Origin: an uncultured beta proteobacterium
Lineage (GTDB): Bacteria > Pseudomonadota > Gammaproteobacteria > Burkholderiales > Casimicrobiaceae
Direction: 5' to 3'
Length of the DNA: 64,000 nt
NCBI GenBank assembly: GCA_963742965.1
Contig: CAVUOC010000006.1
Span: forward strand, 5,967-69,966
The notes below the pieces were generated by a model. The model made no database searches. It was given only the letters and a program-made list of their open reading frames with translations, and had not been told where the DNA came from. The first letter of the stretch is position 1; every line of letters starts with the position of its first letter. The position numbers were made by a program, and so were the translations under genes. Shown here piece after piece: positions 10,496 through 23,896 of the stretch.

Positions 10496-10996
10496 GTGCT
10501 GGGCGAAGTGGTCGGTTCGTACGGAGTGCGCGGCTGGATCAAGGTCCGGCCGTTCACGGCGTCACCCGAAACGCTGCTGCGCCATCCGACGTGGTGGCTC
10601 GAGCCGCGCGGGGGCGACTGGCGCGAATACCGGCAAAGCGACGGGCGGCTGCATTCGGGCACGTTGGTCGTTGCGTTGAACGGCGTGGACACGCGCGAAG
10701 CCGCGCTCGCGATGAAGGGTGCCCGGGTCGGCGTCCGGAGAAGCGCGCTGCCCGCGGCCGGCGACGGCGAGTACTACTGGGACGACCTGACGGGCTTCGC
10801 CGTGAGAAACCGGGCGGGCGTCGTGCTCGGCGAAGTATCCGGGCTGACCGAGCACGGCGCGCATCCGCTGCTGCGGGTGTCGCGTCCCGCCGGGACGAGC
10901 GGCGGCGAACGGCTGATCCCCTTCGTGCCGGCGATCGTCGATCGGGTGGATGTCGATGCGGCTCGGATCGACGTCGATTGGGGCGAAGATTTCTGA
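10496..10996 (+). CDS. rimM: 16S rRNA processing protein RimM
   Basis: ORF 10496..10996 with GTG start: (M)[16 protein letters not shown].., [15 protein letters not shown]. No ATG in frame upstream, so the start is uncertain. Confidence 0.85.
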   Translation: MLGEVVGSYGVRGWIKVRPFTASPETLLRHPTWWLEPRGGDWREYRQSDGRLHSGTLVVALNGVDTREAALAMKGARVGVRRSALPAAGDGEYYWDDLTGFAVRNRAGVVLGEVSGLTEHGAHPLLRVSRPAGTSGGERLIPFVPAIVDRVDVDAARIDVDWGEDF

Positions 10997-11000
10997 TCGG

Positions 11001-11777
11001 ATGAGGATCGACGTCGTAACGCTGTTTCCCGAAATGATCGGCCACGCGGCGCGGTTCGGGGTGACGGGCAGGGCGCTCGAGCGAGGGTTGTGGCGTCTCG
11101 GAGTCTGGAATCCGCGTGATTTCGTCGCGGACAGGTATCGGACGGTCGACGATCGGCCGTACGGGGGCGGTCCCGGAATGGTGATGCTGGCGGAGCCTCT
11201 CGCGAAGACGCTGGCGGCAGCGCGGGCTGCACAGGCGGCAGACGGGTGCAAGGCGACGCGAACGCTGCACCTGTCGCCCGCCGGCACGCCGCTCGTGCAC
11301 AAGCGCGTGGCGGAGCTGGCGGCGGCGGCCGATGAGACGGCGTACGTGCTGCTCGCGGGAAGGTACGAAGGGATCGACGAGCGGCTGCTCGCTCGCGAGG
11401 TCGACGAGGAGATCGCGGTCGGCGACTTCGTCGTCTCGGGCGGCGAGCTGCCGGCGCTGATGGTGATCGACGCGATCGTCCGCCAGCGGCCCGGCGTGCT
11501 GAACGACGCCGAATCGGCGGCGCAGGACTCCTTCGCGGCCGGACTGCTAGACTGTCCGCATTACACGCGGCCCGAGGAGCACGACGGCCTGCGCGTCCCC
11601 GACGTGCTGCTGTCGGGCCACCACGCGGCGATCCGCGCGTGGCGCCTGCAGCAGTCGCTGGGCCGCACGTGGGAGCGGCGTCCCGATCTGCTTCGGGAGC
11701 GCGCGCTGTCGAAAGAGGAAGAGGAATTGCTCGCGACCTACCGGCGCGAGCGCAGCGAGGCAGAGGGAAGAGGGTAG
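11001..11777 (+). CDS. trmD: tRNA (guanine37-N1)-methyltransferase TrmD
   Basis: ORF 10950..11777 from Met18: [12 protein letters not shown].., [24 protein letters not shown]. Confidence 0.95.
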   Translation: MRIDVVTLFPEMIGHAARFGVTGRALERGLWRLGVWNPRDFVADRYRTVDDRPYGGGPGMVMLAEPLAKTLAAARAAQAADGCKATRTLHLSPAGTPLVHKRVAELAAAADETAYVLLAGRYEGIDERLLAREVDEEIAVGDFVVSGGELPALMVIDAIVRQRPGVLNDAESAAQDSFAAGLLDCPHYTRPEEHDGLRVPDVLLSGHHAAIRAWRLQQSLGRTWERRPDLLRERALSKEEEELLATYRRERSEAEGRG

Positions 11778-11922
11778 CGAAGACGACGAAGCAATTGGAA
11801 CCGCCCGCGCGCGCAGCGCGAGCCGCAGCGGTTCCCGACAACAAGCCGCGTGCATCAGGGGGCGCCCTGCGCTGCACGCAAGGTCGACGACCGGAAACAA
11901 CCGAAACGGAGAACTGCAAGCC

Positions 11923-12303
11923 ATGAACATCATCGCAACGCTCGAGCAGGAAGAGATCGCGCGGTTGGGCAAGACCATCCCGACCTTCGCGCCGGGGGAC
12001 ACCGTCATCGTCAACGTGAGCGTCGTCGAAGGCGAGCGCAAGCGCATTCAGGCCTACGAGGGCGTCGTGATCGCCAAGCGCAATCGCGGCCTCAACTCGT
12101 CGTTCGTCGTGCGCAAGATCTCGAGCGGCGAAGGCGTCGAGCGCACGTTCCAGACGTACTCGCCGATGATCGCGGGCATCGAGGTGAAGCGCAAAGGCGA
12201 CGTGCGGCGCGCCAAGCTCTACTATCTGCGCGATCGCTCCGGCAAGTCGGCGCGGATTCGCGAGAAGCTCGCGCACGTGCACAAGGAAAAGAAGGCCGAG
12301 TGA
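11923..12303 (+). CDS. rplS: 50S ribosomal protein L19
   Basis: ORF 11923..12303, 126 aa: [38 protein letters not shown]. Confidence 0.95.
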   Translation: MNIIATLEQEEIARLGKTIPTFAPGDTVIVNVSVVEGERKRIQAYEGVVIAKRNRGLNSSFVVRKISSGEGVERTFQTYSPMIAGIEVKRKGDVRRAKLYYLRDRSGKSARIREKLAHVHKEKKAE

Positions 12304-12524
12304 TCCGCGTCGCGTCGGCGCGTCGAGGCGGCGGGCATCCGGCCGCCTTGTCTCGCCGGACCGGATAGCTTCGCCGTCGCGGGCGTCGCCAGCGATCGCA
12401 CCGTTGCACGACGCACGCACTTCGCGCGCCGTGGCCCGCTTCTTGCTCCATCTCTCTTGCCTCGGGACGGGATTTCCCCGAAGATTCCCGTAGTTACCGG
12501 CGAGTCCGCCGCTATCCGGAATCG

Positions 12525-14328
12525 ATGAGAGCCTCGCTCTATGAAGCGCTGGGTATTGCGCCGACCGCCTCCGACGAGGAGGTTCGAGCGGCGCTGCGGC
12601 GCCTGATCCGGAAGTACTACGCGAAGACGCGCGACGGACAAGGCAACGTCGAAGAGGCGCTTCGTTTCATCAACCACGCAAGCCGCATCCTCAGCGATCC
12701 CGATCGCCGCACGCGCTACAACGGCGACCTCGCGCAGTCCGACGGCAAGGGATCGGGGATTCCGGCGATTGCAGGCGACGCGATTGCCGTCCCCGGCGAG
12801 GGCACCGACGTCGAGCTGGCCGGCGACGGGTCGGCCGCCGAGCGCATCGCGCTCGAAGCGGCGGCCGACGCCAAGGAAGCGCGCGCGATTCACCATCCGG
12901 GCCTGACCGAGGCCGTCGCATCGTTCGGGCGGCCGACGATCGTCACCATCGCGTTGTGCGTGCTGTTCGCGGCGTTCATTGCGGCGGCCATCGTCATCGT
13001 GATGCCCGTCGATTCGATCCAGGTGGCGAAACAGGTGCTCGTCTGGCTGACGCTCACGCTGCTGTCGCTCACCGTCGTCTACGGGATCGTCCACGGATTC
13101 TCGTGGGCGAGGCGTCGCGGCGGCGCGCCGCCGCAGGGGCTCATGCCGCAAACCGATCTCGCGATCCTCAACTGGCGCCGCGAGAAGAGCGTCTTCCTCG
13201 GCACCGATCAACCGCAGGAGGACGCGAGCTGGATCTTTCAGCTGCGCATGGCGGAGCTCGAGCGCGCGAAGTCCGGCCGCACGAGCGAGCCGCGCCCCTG
13301 GAACCGTCTCGGCGCCAGGCTCTTCGACTACGCGATCTGGGGCATCGTGCTGGCGCTCCTGCTCTCCGAGCTGCGCGCCGCGGGGCTCGTGCCCGACGAG
13401 CGCAGCATTCTGGCTCGGCCATCCGCTCGTCGCGCCGATGGTGATCACCGGCTCGTGGATCGCGATCGAAACGCTGCTGATGGCTTCGCTCGGCACGACG
13501 CCCGGCAAGTGGCTGTTCGGCTGCTATCTGCAGTTCTCGATCTCCGACGCGTATGCGAACCGCTCGATGCGATCGCAGCTGTTGCGCGCGTTCAAGCGGT
13601 CGGTTCGCGTCTGGTGGGAGGGGATGGGCTGCGGGTTTCCGCTCGTCGCGCCCATCCTGATCGCGATCGCGTACGAGCGCGTCGTGCAGAACCAGGAGAC
13701 CGACTGGGACTTCGCGCAGGACTGCCTCGCCACCTACGCGCCGCCCGGGATACTCAACACGATCACGGGCGTGTGCGGGCTCACCGCGATGCTGTGGCTC
13801 TACGGCGTCGCGTGGCACCGGCCGCTCGCCGACACGATCGCCTCGGTCGGCACGAAGGTCGTCGCGTCGCTGCCTTCGGCGCAGTCGTTGCTGCCGGGCG
13901 GGATCGGCGGGATTTCCGGCATCGCCGGCGAGATCACGCGACTCGGCGCGCGCTCGCAGAGCTCGGCGTCCGACGTTCCGGCGGGGCCCTCATCGGGGGC
14001 GCCCGTCGATTCGGATCTCGCCAAGCTCTTCGCCGAGCGGAACGCGCGCGTCGCCGTGCTCAAGGTCGAAGGGCCGCGCATGCTGGCAGCCGGCAATTAC
14101 CGTCGTGCGGCCGAGCTCTGCGGCAGCTGGGCAGACCTCGAGCTCGGCAACGCCGAAGCGTGGAAGTGCCTCGGGCAGGCGCAGCAGGCGCAGGGCAATC
14201 ACCAGGATGCGCTCTACGCGTTCCGCAAGGCGAAGCAGGCCGATCCGAACGATCGGAGCATCGACGCCGCGATCGACCGCAGCCAGAAGGGAATCGTCGG
14301 CGATTTCCTCAACCGCTACCGCAAGTAG
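12525..14328 (+). pseudogene. membrane protein with N-terminal J domain, RDD-type membrane region and C-terminal TPR-like segment; one frame break
   Basis: ORF 12525.. opens SLYEALGIAPTASDEEVRAALRRLIRKYYAKTRD (J-domain helices, no HPD seen), followed by TM segments. ORF 13438..14328 continues the RDD-like part (..GHPLVAPMVITGSWIAIETLLMASLGTTPGKWLFG) and ends TPR-like (GNAEAWKCLGQAQQAQGNHQDALYAFRKAKQADP). One extra base near 13411. Confidence 0.55.
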
Positions 14329-14822
14329 CCGCGCACCTTTTCGATGAGCGCGCTCGTCGAATGCGCCGACTCGAACGGTATCGCGACGAAGCGCCCGCCC
14401 GCGGCGATCACCTCCGTCGCGCCGGCGGTCGTCGCCGCCGTGTAGTCGGCGCCTTTCACCAGCACGTCGGGGAGGCACGCGACGATCAGCTCGCGCGGCG
14501 TGTCGGCGTCGAACGGGACGACGAGATCGACGGCCGCGAGCGCCGCAAGCACCGCCATCCGGTCGTCGAGCGCGTTGAGCGGCCGGTCCTTCCCTTTGCC
14601 GAGGCGGCGCACCGAGTCGTCGGAATTGACCGCGACGACGAGCGAGGCGCCCAGCGCGCGCGCCTGGTCGAGGTAGGTGACGTGGCCGCGATGCAGCACG
14701 TCGAAGACGCCGTTGGTGAACACGAGCGGACGCGCGAGCTTCGCGATGCGCGCGAGCGCCATGTCGGCCGTCGCCATCTTGGCGAGGTAGCGCGGCGGTT
14801 CCAGCCGATCCGGCGCGGTCAT
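14316..14822 (-). CDS. hldC: D-glycero-beta-D-manno-heptose 1-phosphate adenylyltransferase (RfaE domain II type)
   Basis: ORF 14316..14822: LVFTNGVFDVLHRGHVTYLDQARALG..VAVNSDDSVRRLGKGKDRP, a cytidylyltransferase fold. Confidence 0.85.
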   Translation of the reverse strand: MTAPDRLEPPRYLAKMATADMALARIAKLARPLVFTNGVFDVLHRGHVTYLDQARALGASLVVAVNSDDSVRRLGKGKDRPLNALDDRMAVLAALAAVDLVVPFDADTPRELIVACLPDVLVKGADYTAATTAGATEVIAAGGRFVAIPFESAHSTSALIEKVRGYLR

Positions 14823-14832
14823 CGTCGCACCG

Positions 14833-15426
14833 TCAGTCGGTGTACTCGAAGAGCTTGACGACCCGCGCGACGCCTTCGGTCGTCGCCGCGACCTGCGCGG
14901 CGGCGTCGCCGTCCTTGCGCGACACGATTCCCATCAGGTACACGACGCTGCGCTCGGTGACCACCTTCGAATAGATCGACCTGACCGATTCCGAATCGAT
15001 CATCCGCGTCTTCACCTTCGACGTGATGTAGCTGTCGTTGCTGCGCGCGCCGAGATCGGTGACGGGGCCGATCACCATTTCGTTGTAGATCTTGCGGACG
15101 CGGTCGTGCGAATCGCGGGTGATCTTCTCGATCTCGGTCTTCACCTGGGCGTTCGGCGCCTCGCCCGTCAGCAGCACATTGCCGTTGTAGCTCGTGACAT
15201 TGAGGTGGATGTCGTTGCCCCAGCGCGTTCCCGCCTCGGACTCGACCTTCAACTCGATCGCCTGGTCGTCGACCTGCGCGCCCGTCGATCTGCGGTCGAC
15301 GGCGATCATCGTGGCGCCCGCGGCGCCGGCGACGATCACCGGCACGCAGCCCTGCAGAACGGTCGCGGCGATTGCGAGTGCGGCGGCCGCGGCGCAAGCG
15401 GCCAGGCGCGACGCCTCTCCCGTCAC
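14833..15426 (-). CDS. dolP: BON-domain outer-membrane lipoprotein (DolP/YraP/OsmY family)
   Basis: ORF 14833..15492. GTG at 15426 overlaps the upstream stop (GTGTGA). Lipobox-like leader ..[10 protein letters not shown], then two BON-like repeats. Confidence 0.8.
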   Translation of the reverse strand: MTGEASRLAACAAAAALAIAATVLQGCVPVIVAGAAGATMIAVDRRSTGAQVDDQAIELKVESEAGTRWGNDIHLNVTSYNGNVLLTGEAPNAQVKTEIEKITRDSHDRVRKIYNEMVIGPVTDLGARSNDSYITSKVKTRMIDSESVRSIYSKVVTERSVVYLMGIVSRKDGDAAAQVAATTEGVARVVKLFEYTD

Positions 15427-16016
15427 ACGTCGTCCCCGAGCAGCGTGTTGTCGATCGCGTCGCACAGGCAGTGAATCATCAGCAGGTGGCACTCCTGGAT
15501 CCGGGCGGTCCGCTCGTGAGGGACGCGAAGCTCGACGTCGGCGGCGGAGAGCATCGCGCCGATCCGCCCGCCGCCCTTTCCCGTCAGCGCCACGATGCGC
15601 ATTTCACGATCGCGCGCGGCTTCGATCGCGGCGATGACGTTGCCCGAGTTTCCGGAAGTGGAGATCGCGAGGAGGATGTCGCCCGCCGTGCCGAGCGCGC
15701 GCACCTGCTTCGCGAACACCTGCTCATACGAGTAATCGTTGGCGACGGCCGTGAGGATCGAAGTGTCTGTGGCAAGCGAAATCGCCGGAAGTTCCGGCCG
15801 CTCGCGCTCGAAGCGGCCGACCATCTCGGCGGCGAAGTGCTGCGCGTCGCACGCCGATCCGCCGTTGCCGCAGGCGAGGATCTTTCCGTCGCCGAGCAGG
15901 CACTCCGCCATGAGCTCGGCGCCGCGCGCGATCTGCGGCGCAAGCGCGTCGACCGCCGCGAGCTTCAGTTGCGCGCTGTCTGCGAAATGTGCGCGAATGC
16001 GCGAAATGTGATCCAT
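15423..16016 (-). CDS. gmhA: SIS-domain phosphoheptose isomerase family protein (GmhA/DiaA)
   Basis: ORF 15423..16016, 197 aa: [32 protein letters not shown]. Position yraN-(diaA/gmhA)-dolP matches the E. coli yraN-diaA-dolP order, so DiaA-like function is equally possible. Confidence 0.85.
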   Translation of the reverse strand: MDHISRIRAHFADSAQLKLAAVDALAPQIARGAELMAECLLGDGKILACGNGGSACDAQHFAAEMVGRFERERPELPAISLATDTSILTAVANDYSYEQVFAKQVRALGTAGDILLAISTSGNSGNVIAAIEAARDREMRIVALTGKGGGRIGAMLSAADVELRVPHERTARIQECHLLMIHCLCDAIDNTLLGDDV

Positions 16017-16150
16017 GAGCCGACGAATTGTACCTCGTCAGGGCGCCCTCCCTGTAAGGACTCGCCCTATCGCGGTTCAGTGTCGGGCGCTCGCAATCGC
16101 TCGGCGACGCGCGCTGCACGCCTTGGCTCGCTGACGCTCGCCCGCCTCGC

Positions 16151-16507
16151 TCATGCGTACATAATGTCTTTCAGCCATTCGATGCGCGCGGAATCGATCG
16201 CATCGAGCAGCACGGCGTCGAACCGGCACGGCGGCGCGCCTCGCAGGCGCGCGAGATACAGTCCCGCTGCCGCCGCCATCCGCGAGCGCTTCCTCGCGGT
16301 GATGCTCGCCGCGGCGCCGCCGTAGTCGTGGCGCGTGCGCAGCCGCACCTCGACGAACACCAGCGTGTCGCCGTCCTGCGCGACGAGATCGAGCTCGCCG
16401 CAGCGCCGGCGAAAATTGCGCTCGAGGATCGTCATGCCTCGCGCCGTCAGGAAATCGGCGGCAAGCGACTCCGCCTTCGCGCCGGCGACGGCGCGCGCGG
16501 CACGCAT
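16151..16507 (-). CDS. yraN: YraN family (UPF0102) endonuclease-like protein
   Basis: Tail of ORF 16151..17719 from MRAARAVAGAKAESLAADFL..GELDLVAQDGDTLVFVEVRLR. 118 aa. Confidence 0.85.
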   Translation of the reverse strand: MRAARAVAGAKAESLAADFLTARGMTILERNFRRRCGELDLVAQDGDTLVFVEVRLRTRHDYGGAAASITARKRSRMAAAAGLYLARLRGAPPCRFDAVLLDAIDSARIEWLKDIMYA

Positions 16508-16509
16508 GT

Positions 16510-17625
16510 TCAGCGCGTCTCCGCCGACACGGCCCGGCCCGATCGGAAGACCATCAGCCTTCCCTCGCGCAGGAACTGGCGGCCGGAGGAGTCGAGCGAC
16601 AGGCGTCCCGTCGCGCCGTCGAAGTCGAGCCGCTCGGGCGTGCCGTCGGCGAACGCCTGCGCGACGCGGAACGCATCGATCCCGAGCGCGTACAGCCGAT
16701 CGAGCGAGGCATTCGGGTAGTCGGGGCGCTTGAGTCCCGCGTACGGCGCGCCCTCGGGATCGACGAGCCAGGGGATGTCGACGAAACGCACGTCGTCGAG
16801 GTCGATGCGCGTTTCGCGCGGAAGGTTCTCGTTGACCTGGTTGCTCGTGTAGATCGGCGTCGATTTGATGTACGACTTCGCCAGCGCGACGTCCGCGCCG
16901 TCGACTGCGAGAAGCGCCGCATCGACCTTGTTCCGGGTGAGCTCGCTGCGCAGCAAGCGGAGGATGTCCGGCGCGCGGTCGAACCTGTACATCGACGGCG
17001 CGTCGCCGCCGGCGAGGATCCATTCGGCGTTGAACGCCGCGGCGAAGCGCTGCTGCAGCGGCGAATCGCTCGCGATGACGGCGACCGTCGTCGCGCCCGC
17101 GTCGCGCGCGCGGTGCGCAAGCTGCCGCGCGTCGCTGTCGAGGGTCAGCGTCAGCGTATACATGCTGTCCGGCAACTGCGCACCGTCGTCCAGCTGATTG
17201 AGCGCGATCGTCGGAGGCAGATCGAGGCCCGCAGCGGCAAGCTTCTTGACGTCGTCGCGCACCAGCGGTCCGACGATCACGCGCGCTCCGTTCTCCCGGG
17301 CCGCGTTGACCGCGGTGAGCATGTCGTCGTCGCCATGCCCTATGACGACGGGTTTCATCTTCGCGGCGGCCGCCGCCGCGAGGAAGCCGGCGCGGACCGC
17401 TCCCGCAGCGCGGCCGAAGGTCTCCGACCCGAGCGGCAGGACCAGCGCGATCGCCGCGGTGGCGTCGGCGCGCTCTTCGGCCGGCGCCGGCGCTTCCTCG
17501 CTTGCCGCCGGAGATTGCGCGGCGGACAATGCGCTGAGCCCGACCGAAAGCGCAAGCGCAATCGAGATGCCGCAGCACCGCGCGAACGAGCGTGGATTCG
17601 GCAGCGGTCGACGCAGGGCGAGCAT
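16510..17625 (-). CDS. penicillin-binding protein activator LpoA-like (YraM family) periplasmic protein
   Basis: ORF 16510..17670 from Met16: signal-like MLALRRPLPNPRSFARCCGISIALALSVGLSALSAAQS, then a periplasmic-binding-protein-like body. Divergent from rsmI and upstream of yraN, as for lpoA in E. coli. Confidence 0.6.
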   Translation of the reverse strand: MLALRRPLPNPRSFARCCGISIALALSVGLSALSAAQSPAASEEAPAPAEERADATAAIALVLPLGSETFGRAAGAVRAGFLAAAAAAKMKPVVIGHGDDDMLTAVNAARENGARVIVGPLVRDDVKKLAAAGLDLPPTIALNQLDDGAQLPDSMYTLTLTLDSDARQLAHRARDAGATTVAVIASDSPLQQRFAAAFNAEWILAGGDAPSMYRFDRAPDILRLLRSELTRNKVDAALLAVDGADVALAKSYIKSTPIYTSNQVNENLPRETRIDLDDVRFVDIPWLVDPEGAPYAGLKRPDYPNASLDRLYALGIDAFRVAQAFADGTPERLDFDGATGRLSLDSSGRQFLREGRLMVFRSGRAVSAETR

Positions 17626-17646
17626 ACGGGTGGGGTCTCGATTCCG

Positions 17647-18558
17647 ATGGACGAGAACGGCGACGCGCACAACGCGAGCGGCGCGACGGAAGAGCGCTAT
17701 CGCGCCGTGCCTGGGACATTATATGTGGTCGCCACGCCGGTCGGAAATCTCCGCGACCTGACGCTGCGCGCGCTCGACGTCCTCGGGAGCGTCGACGTGA
17801 TCGCCGCCGAGGACACGCGCGTGACGGGCGTGCTGCTCCGCCACTACGGGATCGCGACGCGGCCCCTCGCGCTGCACGAGCACAACGAGGTCGCGCGCGC
17901 CGAAGAGATCGTCTCGATGCTCGAGGGCGGCCGCAGCGTCGCCGTCGTCAGCGATGCCGGCACGCCGGGCGTCAGCGATCCCGGCGCGAGACTCGTGCGC
18001 CGGGTCCGCGACGCCGGCTTCCAGGTGGTGCCCATCCCTGGCGCGAATGCCGCGATCGCCGCGTTCTCGACCGCGGGCCTGCGCGCGGAGCGGTTCGTCT
18101 TTCTGGGATTCCTGCCGGCGCCCGCGAAAGCGCAGCGCGAGGTGCTCGCCGCTGTCGCGAACCTTCCGTTCGCGCTCGTCGTCTACGAAGCGCCGCACCG
18201 CGTTCGCGCGACCATCGACCATCTCACGGCGGCGCTCGGCGGCGATCGGGCGCTCGTCATCGCGCGCGAGATCACGAAGAAATTCGAAACCATCGCGCGA
18301 ATGACGCTCGCCGACGCTCCCGGATGGTTCGCCGCCGATCCGAACCATGCGCGGGGCGAGTTCGTGCTGCTCGTCGACGCGCCGCTTCCGGTCGAGGCGG
18401 GAGCCGGCGCTTCGGAGCCGGATGCGCAGCGGCTGCTCGCCGCGCTCGTCGTCGAGCTGTCGCCGGCGCGCGCCGCGCGCGTCGCGGCTGCCGCAACGGG
18501 CCTGCCGCGCGAGAAGCTCTACGCCCAGGCGATCGCGCTGAAGGGAAATCGAAATTGA
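17647..18558 (+). CDS. rsmI: 16S rRNA (cytidine1402-2'-O)-methyltransferase RsmI
   Basis: ORF 17113..18558 from Met179: ..[49 protein letters not shown]. Confidence 0.9.
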   Translation: MDENGDAHNASGATEERYRAVPGTLYVVATPVGNLRDLTLRALDVLGSVDVIAAEDTRVTGVLLRHYGIATRPLALHEHNEVARAEEIVSMLEGGRSVAVVSDAGTPGVSDPGARLVRRVRDAGFQVVPIPGANAAIAAFSTAGLRAERFVFLGFLPAPAKAQREVLAAVANLPFALVVYEAPHRVRATIDHLTAALGGDRALVIAREITKKFETIARMTLADAPGWFAADPNHARGEFVLLVDAPLPVEAGAGASEPDAQRLLAALVVELSPARAARVAAAATGLPREKLYAQAIALKGNRN

Positions 18559-19443
18559 CCGACGCGAACGCAGCGGTGAACGCGGGGGCGGCGCTCGAAG
18601 ATCGCACGGTCGGCGAAGCGGCGGCGACAGGATGGAACGCGGAGCTCGCCTTGCGCTTCGAGCGCGAAGGGCCGCGGACCGTGCTGCGAGCACGCCGGCA
18701 CGTCGGCCCGCTGCGCGTTCAGAAGGCGCTCTATCCGGAAGGCGACCGCGTCTGCCAGGTCGTCGTCGTGCATCCGCCCGCGGGCATCGTGGCCGGCGAC
18801 TCGCTTGCGATCGACGTCGACGTTGGGCCGGGAGCGCACGTCCAAGCGACTACGCCGGGCGCTGCGAAATGGTATCGATCGACGGGACGGATCGCTCATT
18901 CGGCGACGAGGGTGCGCGCGCACGCCGGTGCGCTCGTCGAATGGTTGCCTCTCGAAACGATCCTGTTCGACGGCGCGCGCGCCGCGATCCGGCTGACGGT
19001 CGAGCTCGCGGCCGATGCCCGGTTCATCGGCTGGGACATTACCTGTCTCGGGCGCACGGCGTCCGGCGAGCGCTTCGGCTCGGGGCGGCTGAGACAAGCG
19101 CTCGAGCTCTTACGCGACGGCGAGCTTCTCTGGTGCGATCGCATCGCGCTCGACGGCGGCTCGCGTTCGCTCCAATCCGGTGCGATTCTTGGCGGAGCGC
19201 CCGTATTTGGCACGATGATCGCAACCGCCGGCGACGCGAGCGACGCGCTCCTTGCCGCATGCCGCGGGGTTCGATGCGAGAGGGGAAACGGTGCGGTGAC
19301 GCGCCTTCCGCACGTGCTCGTCGCGCGCTATCTCGGCGACTCCGCGATGGCGGCGCGCACGTATTTTGCTACGCTGTGGCGCGCGCTTCGTCCGGCTGCT
19401 TGCGGGCTGCGAAGCCGTCGAGCCCCGGATCTGGAACACCTGA
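18555..19443 (+). pseudogene. ureD: urease accessory protein UreD, one frame break near the 3' end
   Basis: Frame of ORF 17592..19637 from about 18555: ..[34 protein letters not shown]... Deleting the G near 19395 (CGTCCGGCTGCTT) gives ..[22 protein letters not shown]-stop (TGA 19441-19443), a typical UreD end. Start is TTG 18555 (overlaps the rsmI stop) or GTG 18576; uncertain. Confidence 0.8.
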
Positions 19444-19465
19444 CGCAAACGCGCGACGAGAAACC

Positions 19466-19768
19466 ATGGATCTCACGCCCAGGGAGAAGGACAAGCTGCT
19501 GCTCTTCACCGCCGCGCTCGTCGCCGAGCGGCGTCTCGCGCGCGGCCTGCGGCTCAACTATCCCGAGGCCGTCGCCTATCTTTCCGCGGCGATCGTCGAA
19601 GGCGCGCGCGACGGTCGCACGGTCGCCGAGCTCATGAGCCATGGCGCGACGCTGCTCTCGCGCGAGCAGGTGATGGAGGGCGTCCCCGAGATGATCTCCG
19701 AGATCCAGGTCGAAGCGACGTTCCCCGACGGAACGAAGCTCGTCACCGTCCACCACCCCATTCCATGA
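19466..19768 (+). CDS. ureA: urease subunit gamma
   Basis: [37 protein letters not shown].., 100 aa. Confidence 0.95.
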   Translation: MDLTPREKDKLLLFTAALVAERRLARGLRLNYPEAVAYLSAAIVEGARDGRTVAELMSHGATLLSREQVMEGVPEMISEIQVEATFPDGTKLVTVHHPIP

Positions 19769-20144
19769 TCCCCGGCGAGCTCTTCGTGCAAAGCGGCGAT
19801 ATCGAGCTGAACGCCGGCCGCCCGACGATCACGCTGCCGGTCGCGAATACCGGCGATCGGCCGATCCAGGTCGGATCGCATTATCACTTCGCCGAGACCA
19901 ACTCGGCTCTGGCATTCGATCGCGCCGCGGCGCGGGGATTCCGGCTCAACATCCCCGCGGGCACCGCGGTGCGATTCGAGCCCGGACAATCGAGGACCGT
20001 GGAGCTCGTCGCGCTCGCCGGCGATCGAATCGTCTTCGGGTTCAACAGCGCGGTGATGGGCCCGCTGGACGCGTCGGCACGAGCGAAGAAGGCGCGCCGT
20101 CCGGCGAAGAAAGCGAGCTCGATCCGGCGCAAGCGGAGCCCGCG

Positions 20145-20148
<4 letters not shown>
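19765..20148 (+). CDS. ureB: urease subunit beta (with about 25-aa basic C-terminal tail)
   Basis: ORF 19765..20148: [38 protein letters not shown] overlaps with ureA and ureC. Confidence 0.95.
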
Positions 20149-21842
<1,694 letters not shown>

Positions 21843-21846
21843 CCCG

Positions 21847-22344
21847 ATGCTGATCGTCCAACGCAAGCTCGACGCCGCCGTGCCGCACGACGCCGAGCTC
21901 GTCCTGGCGTTCGAGCTGCGGCAGAAGAGCCGGTTGCGGACGGCGGTAGCAAGCGGCGAGGAGATCGGACTCTTCCTTCCGCGCGGGACCGTCCTTCGCG
22001 ACGGCGATTGCCTGCAGGCCGACGACGGACGCGTCGTCCGCGTGACTGCGGCGGCCGAGGATCTCATCGAGGTGCGCTGCGCGGACGCCGATGCGCTGGC
22101 GCGCGCCGCGTACCACCTCGGCAATCGTCACACGCCGGTGCAGGTGGGAGCGGGGTGGCTACGTCTTGCCGCCGACGAGGTGCTCGCCGCGATGCTGCGC
22201 GGCCTGGGCGCGACGGTGACGCCGGTCCGCGCGCCCTTCGAGCCGGAAGCCGGCGCGTATGCGGCGGGTCACCACGCGCATTCGAGCGATGCGAAGCACG
22301 CGGGGATCATCCACGATTTCGCGACGGGTCCCGCGCGGAGATGA
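21847..22344 (+). CDS. ureE: urease accessory protein UreE
   Basis: ORF 21724..22344 from Met42: [22 protein letters not shown].. with a His-rich tail ([11 protein letters not shown]). Confidence 0.9.
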   Translation: MLIVQRKLDAAVPHDAELVLAFELRQKSRLRTAVASGEEIGLFLPRGTVLRDGDCLQADDGRVVRVTAAAEDLIEVRCADADALARAAYHLGNRHTPVQVGAGWLRLAADEVLAAMLRGLGATVTPVRAPFEPEAGAYAAGHHAHSSDAKHAGIIHDFATGPARR

Positions 22345-23042
22345 TCGAATCCGCGGATGGCGGCGGCATGCTGCCTCTCGTTCGCCTGCTGCAGCTCGCG
22401 AGCCCGACGCTGCCGATCGGCGCATACAGTTACTCGCAGGGGCTCGAGCGCATCGTCGAGGACGGACTCGTGCGCGACGCGGCAAGCGCGCAGTCGTGGA
22501 TCGTCGATCTGCTCGAGCTCGTCGTCGCGCGCGCAGAGGCGCCGATTGCGTGGCGCCTGCTCGAGGCAGTCCAGGCACGCGATTGGCCGTCCTTCTCATC
22601 GTGGAATGCGCGGTTCCGCGCGTCGCGCGAGACCGCAGAGCTTCGCGCCGAGACCGAGCAGATGGGCGGATCGCTGGCGAAGCTCGCCGTCGAGCTCGAG
22701 CTCATCGATGCGCAGACCAAGGGAATCGTCGAAGCGATATCGCCGATCACGCTGCCCGCGGCGTTCGCATTGGCGGCGCAAGGGTTCGGAATCCCTCCGC
22801 AGCCGGCACTCACAGCGTACATCTGGGCGTGGCTCGAGAACCAGGTGCTCGCGGCGGTCAAGCTCGTTCCCCTCGGTCAGGTTGCGGGGCAGCGCTTGCT
22901 CGCTTCGCTGGGCGCCGTGATTCCTGCGGTCGTCGAGACGGCGACGACGATCGCCGACGACGAGCTGTCGACGTTCGCGCCGGGATTGGCGCTCGCGAGC
23001 GCCCGGCACGAAACTCAGTACACTCGGTTGTTTCGATCATGA
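22341..23042 (+). CDS. ureF: urease accessory protein UreF
   Basis: ORF 22008..23042 from Met112: ..[21 protein letters not shown]... The ATG overlaps the ureE stop. Confidence 0.9.
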   Translation: MIESADGGGMLPLVRLLQLASPTLPIGAYSYSQGLERIVEDGLVRDAASAQSWIVDLLELVVARAEAPIAWRLLEAVQARDWPSFSSWNARFRASRETAELRAETEQMGGSLAKLAVELELIDAQTKGIVEAISPITLPAAFALAAQGFGIPPQPALTAYIWAWLENQVLAAVKLVPLGQVAGQRLLASLGAVIPAVVETATTIADDELSTFAPGLALASARHETQYTRLFRS

Positions 23043-23100
23043 GAACGGCGAGGGCGTACCTTCCGGCCGGAACGAAGCCCGCTTCGAAACGCAAAGGATC

Positions 23101-23721
23101 ATGACAATCACCCAACCGCTGCGCGTGGGTATCGGCGGGCCGGTAGGCTCCGGCAAGACCGCGCTCACGCTCGCGCTCTGCCGCGCGCTGCGCGATCGCT
23201 ACCAGATCGCGGTCGTCACCAACGACATCTACACGGAGGAAGATGCGCGTTTTCTGGTCGCGAACGACGCGCTTCCGCCCGAGCGCATCATCGGCGTCGA
23301 GACCGGAGGTTGTCCGCACACGGCGATTCGCGAGGACGCGTCGATCAACCTCGAGGCGGTCGACCGGCTCGCCAAGCGCTTCGGCAACCTCGACATCGTG
23401 TTCGTCGAAAGCGGCGGCGACAACCTCGCGGCGACCTTCTCGCCCGAGCTCTCCGACCTCACCCTCTACGTGATCGACGTCGCTGCCGGGGACAAGATCC
23501 CGCGCAAGGGTGGCCCGGGAATCACGCGCTCGGATCTGCTGATCATCAACAAGATCGACCTCGCGCCCATGGTGGGCGCATCGCTCGAGGTGATGGAGCG
23601 CGACGCGCGCAAGATGCGCGGCGAGCGTCCGTTCGTCTTCACGAACCTCAAATCCGGACACGGGCTCGAAGCGGTCGTGCGTTTCGTCGTCGAGCGCGGA
23701 ATGGTCGGGTCCATCGCATAG
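23101..23721 (+). CDS. ureG: urease accessory GTPase UreG
   Basis: ORF 23101..23721: [39 protein letters not shown]. Confidence 0.97.
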   Translation: MTITQPLRVGIGGPVGSGKTALTLALCRALRDRYQIAVVTNDIYTEEDARFLVANDALPPERIIGVETGGCPHTAIREDASINLEAVDRLAKRFGNLDIVFVESGGDNLAATFSPELSDLTLYVIDVAAGDKIPRKGGPGITRSDLLIINKIDLAPMVGASLEVMERDARKMRGERPFVFTNLKSGHGLEAVVRFVVERGMVGSIA

Positions 23722-23896
23722 GGCCGAGCGTGCCCGACATGGTGCAGACCGTTCGTCCATAACGGTGCGCCGCGTTCTGCAATGCACTGAATTGGGACGG
23801 CGGCCCATTGGAGTTCCCGGCGTCGCCGTGCGCGCATCGCGCAATTTCCCCCGCTAAATTAAGCGCAAAGAGCACATTGCTCGCGCGATCGTGCGA

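Noticed and set aside
10135-11004. 289-aa S16 extension or S16-RimM fusion
   Set aside because: The extension is out of frame with rimM and is low-complexity. A -1 frame stop at 10422 gives a normal-length S16. Treated as an indel.
12326-12348. Hairpin AGGCGGC-N9-GCCGCCT after rplS as an intrinsic terminator
   Set aside because: The stem is only 7 bp and it is not followed by a T-run. Too weak to list as a feature.
17592-19637. 681-aa ORF spanning rsmI and the urease start
   Set aside because: The first half is an alternative frame of rsmI (Arg-rich nonsense). Only the part from about 18555 is UreD, and its true end is in the next frame.
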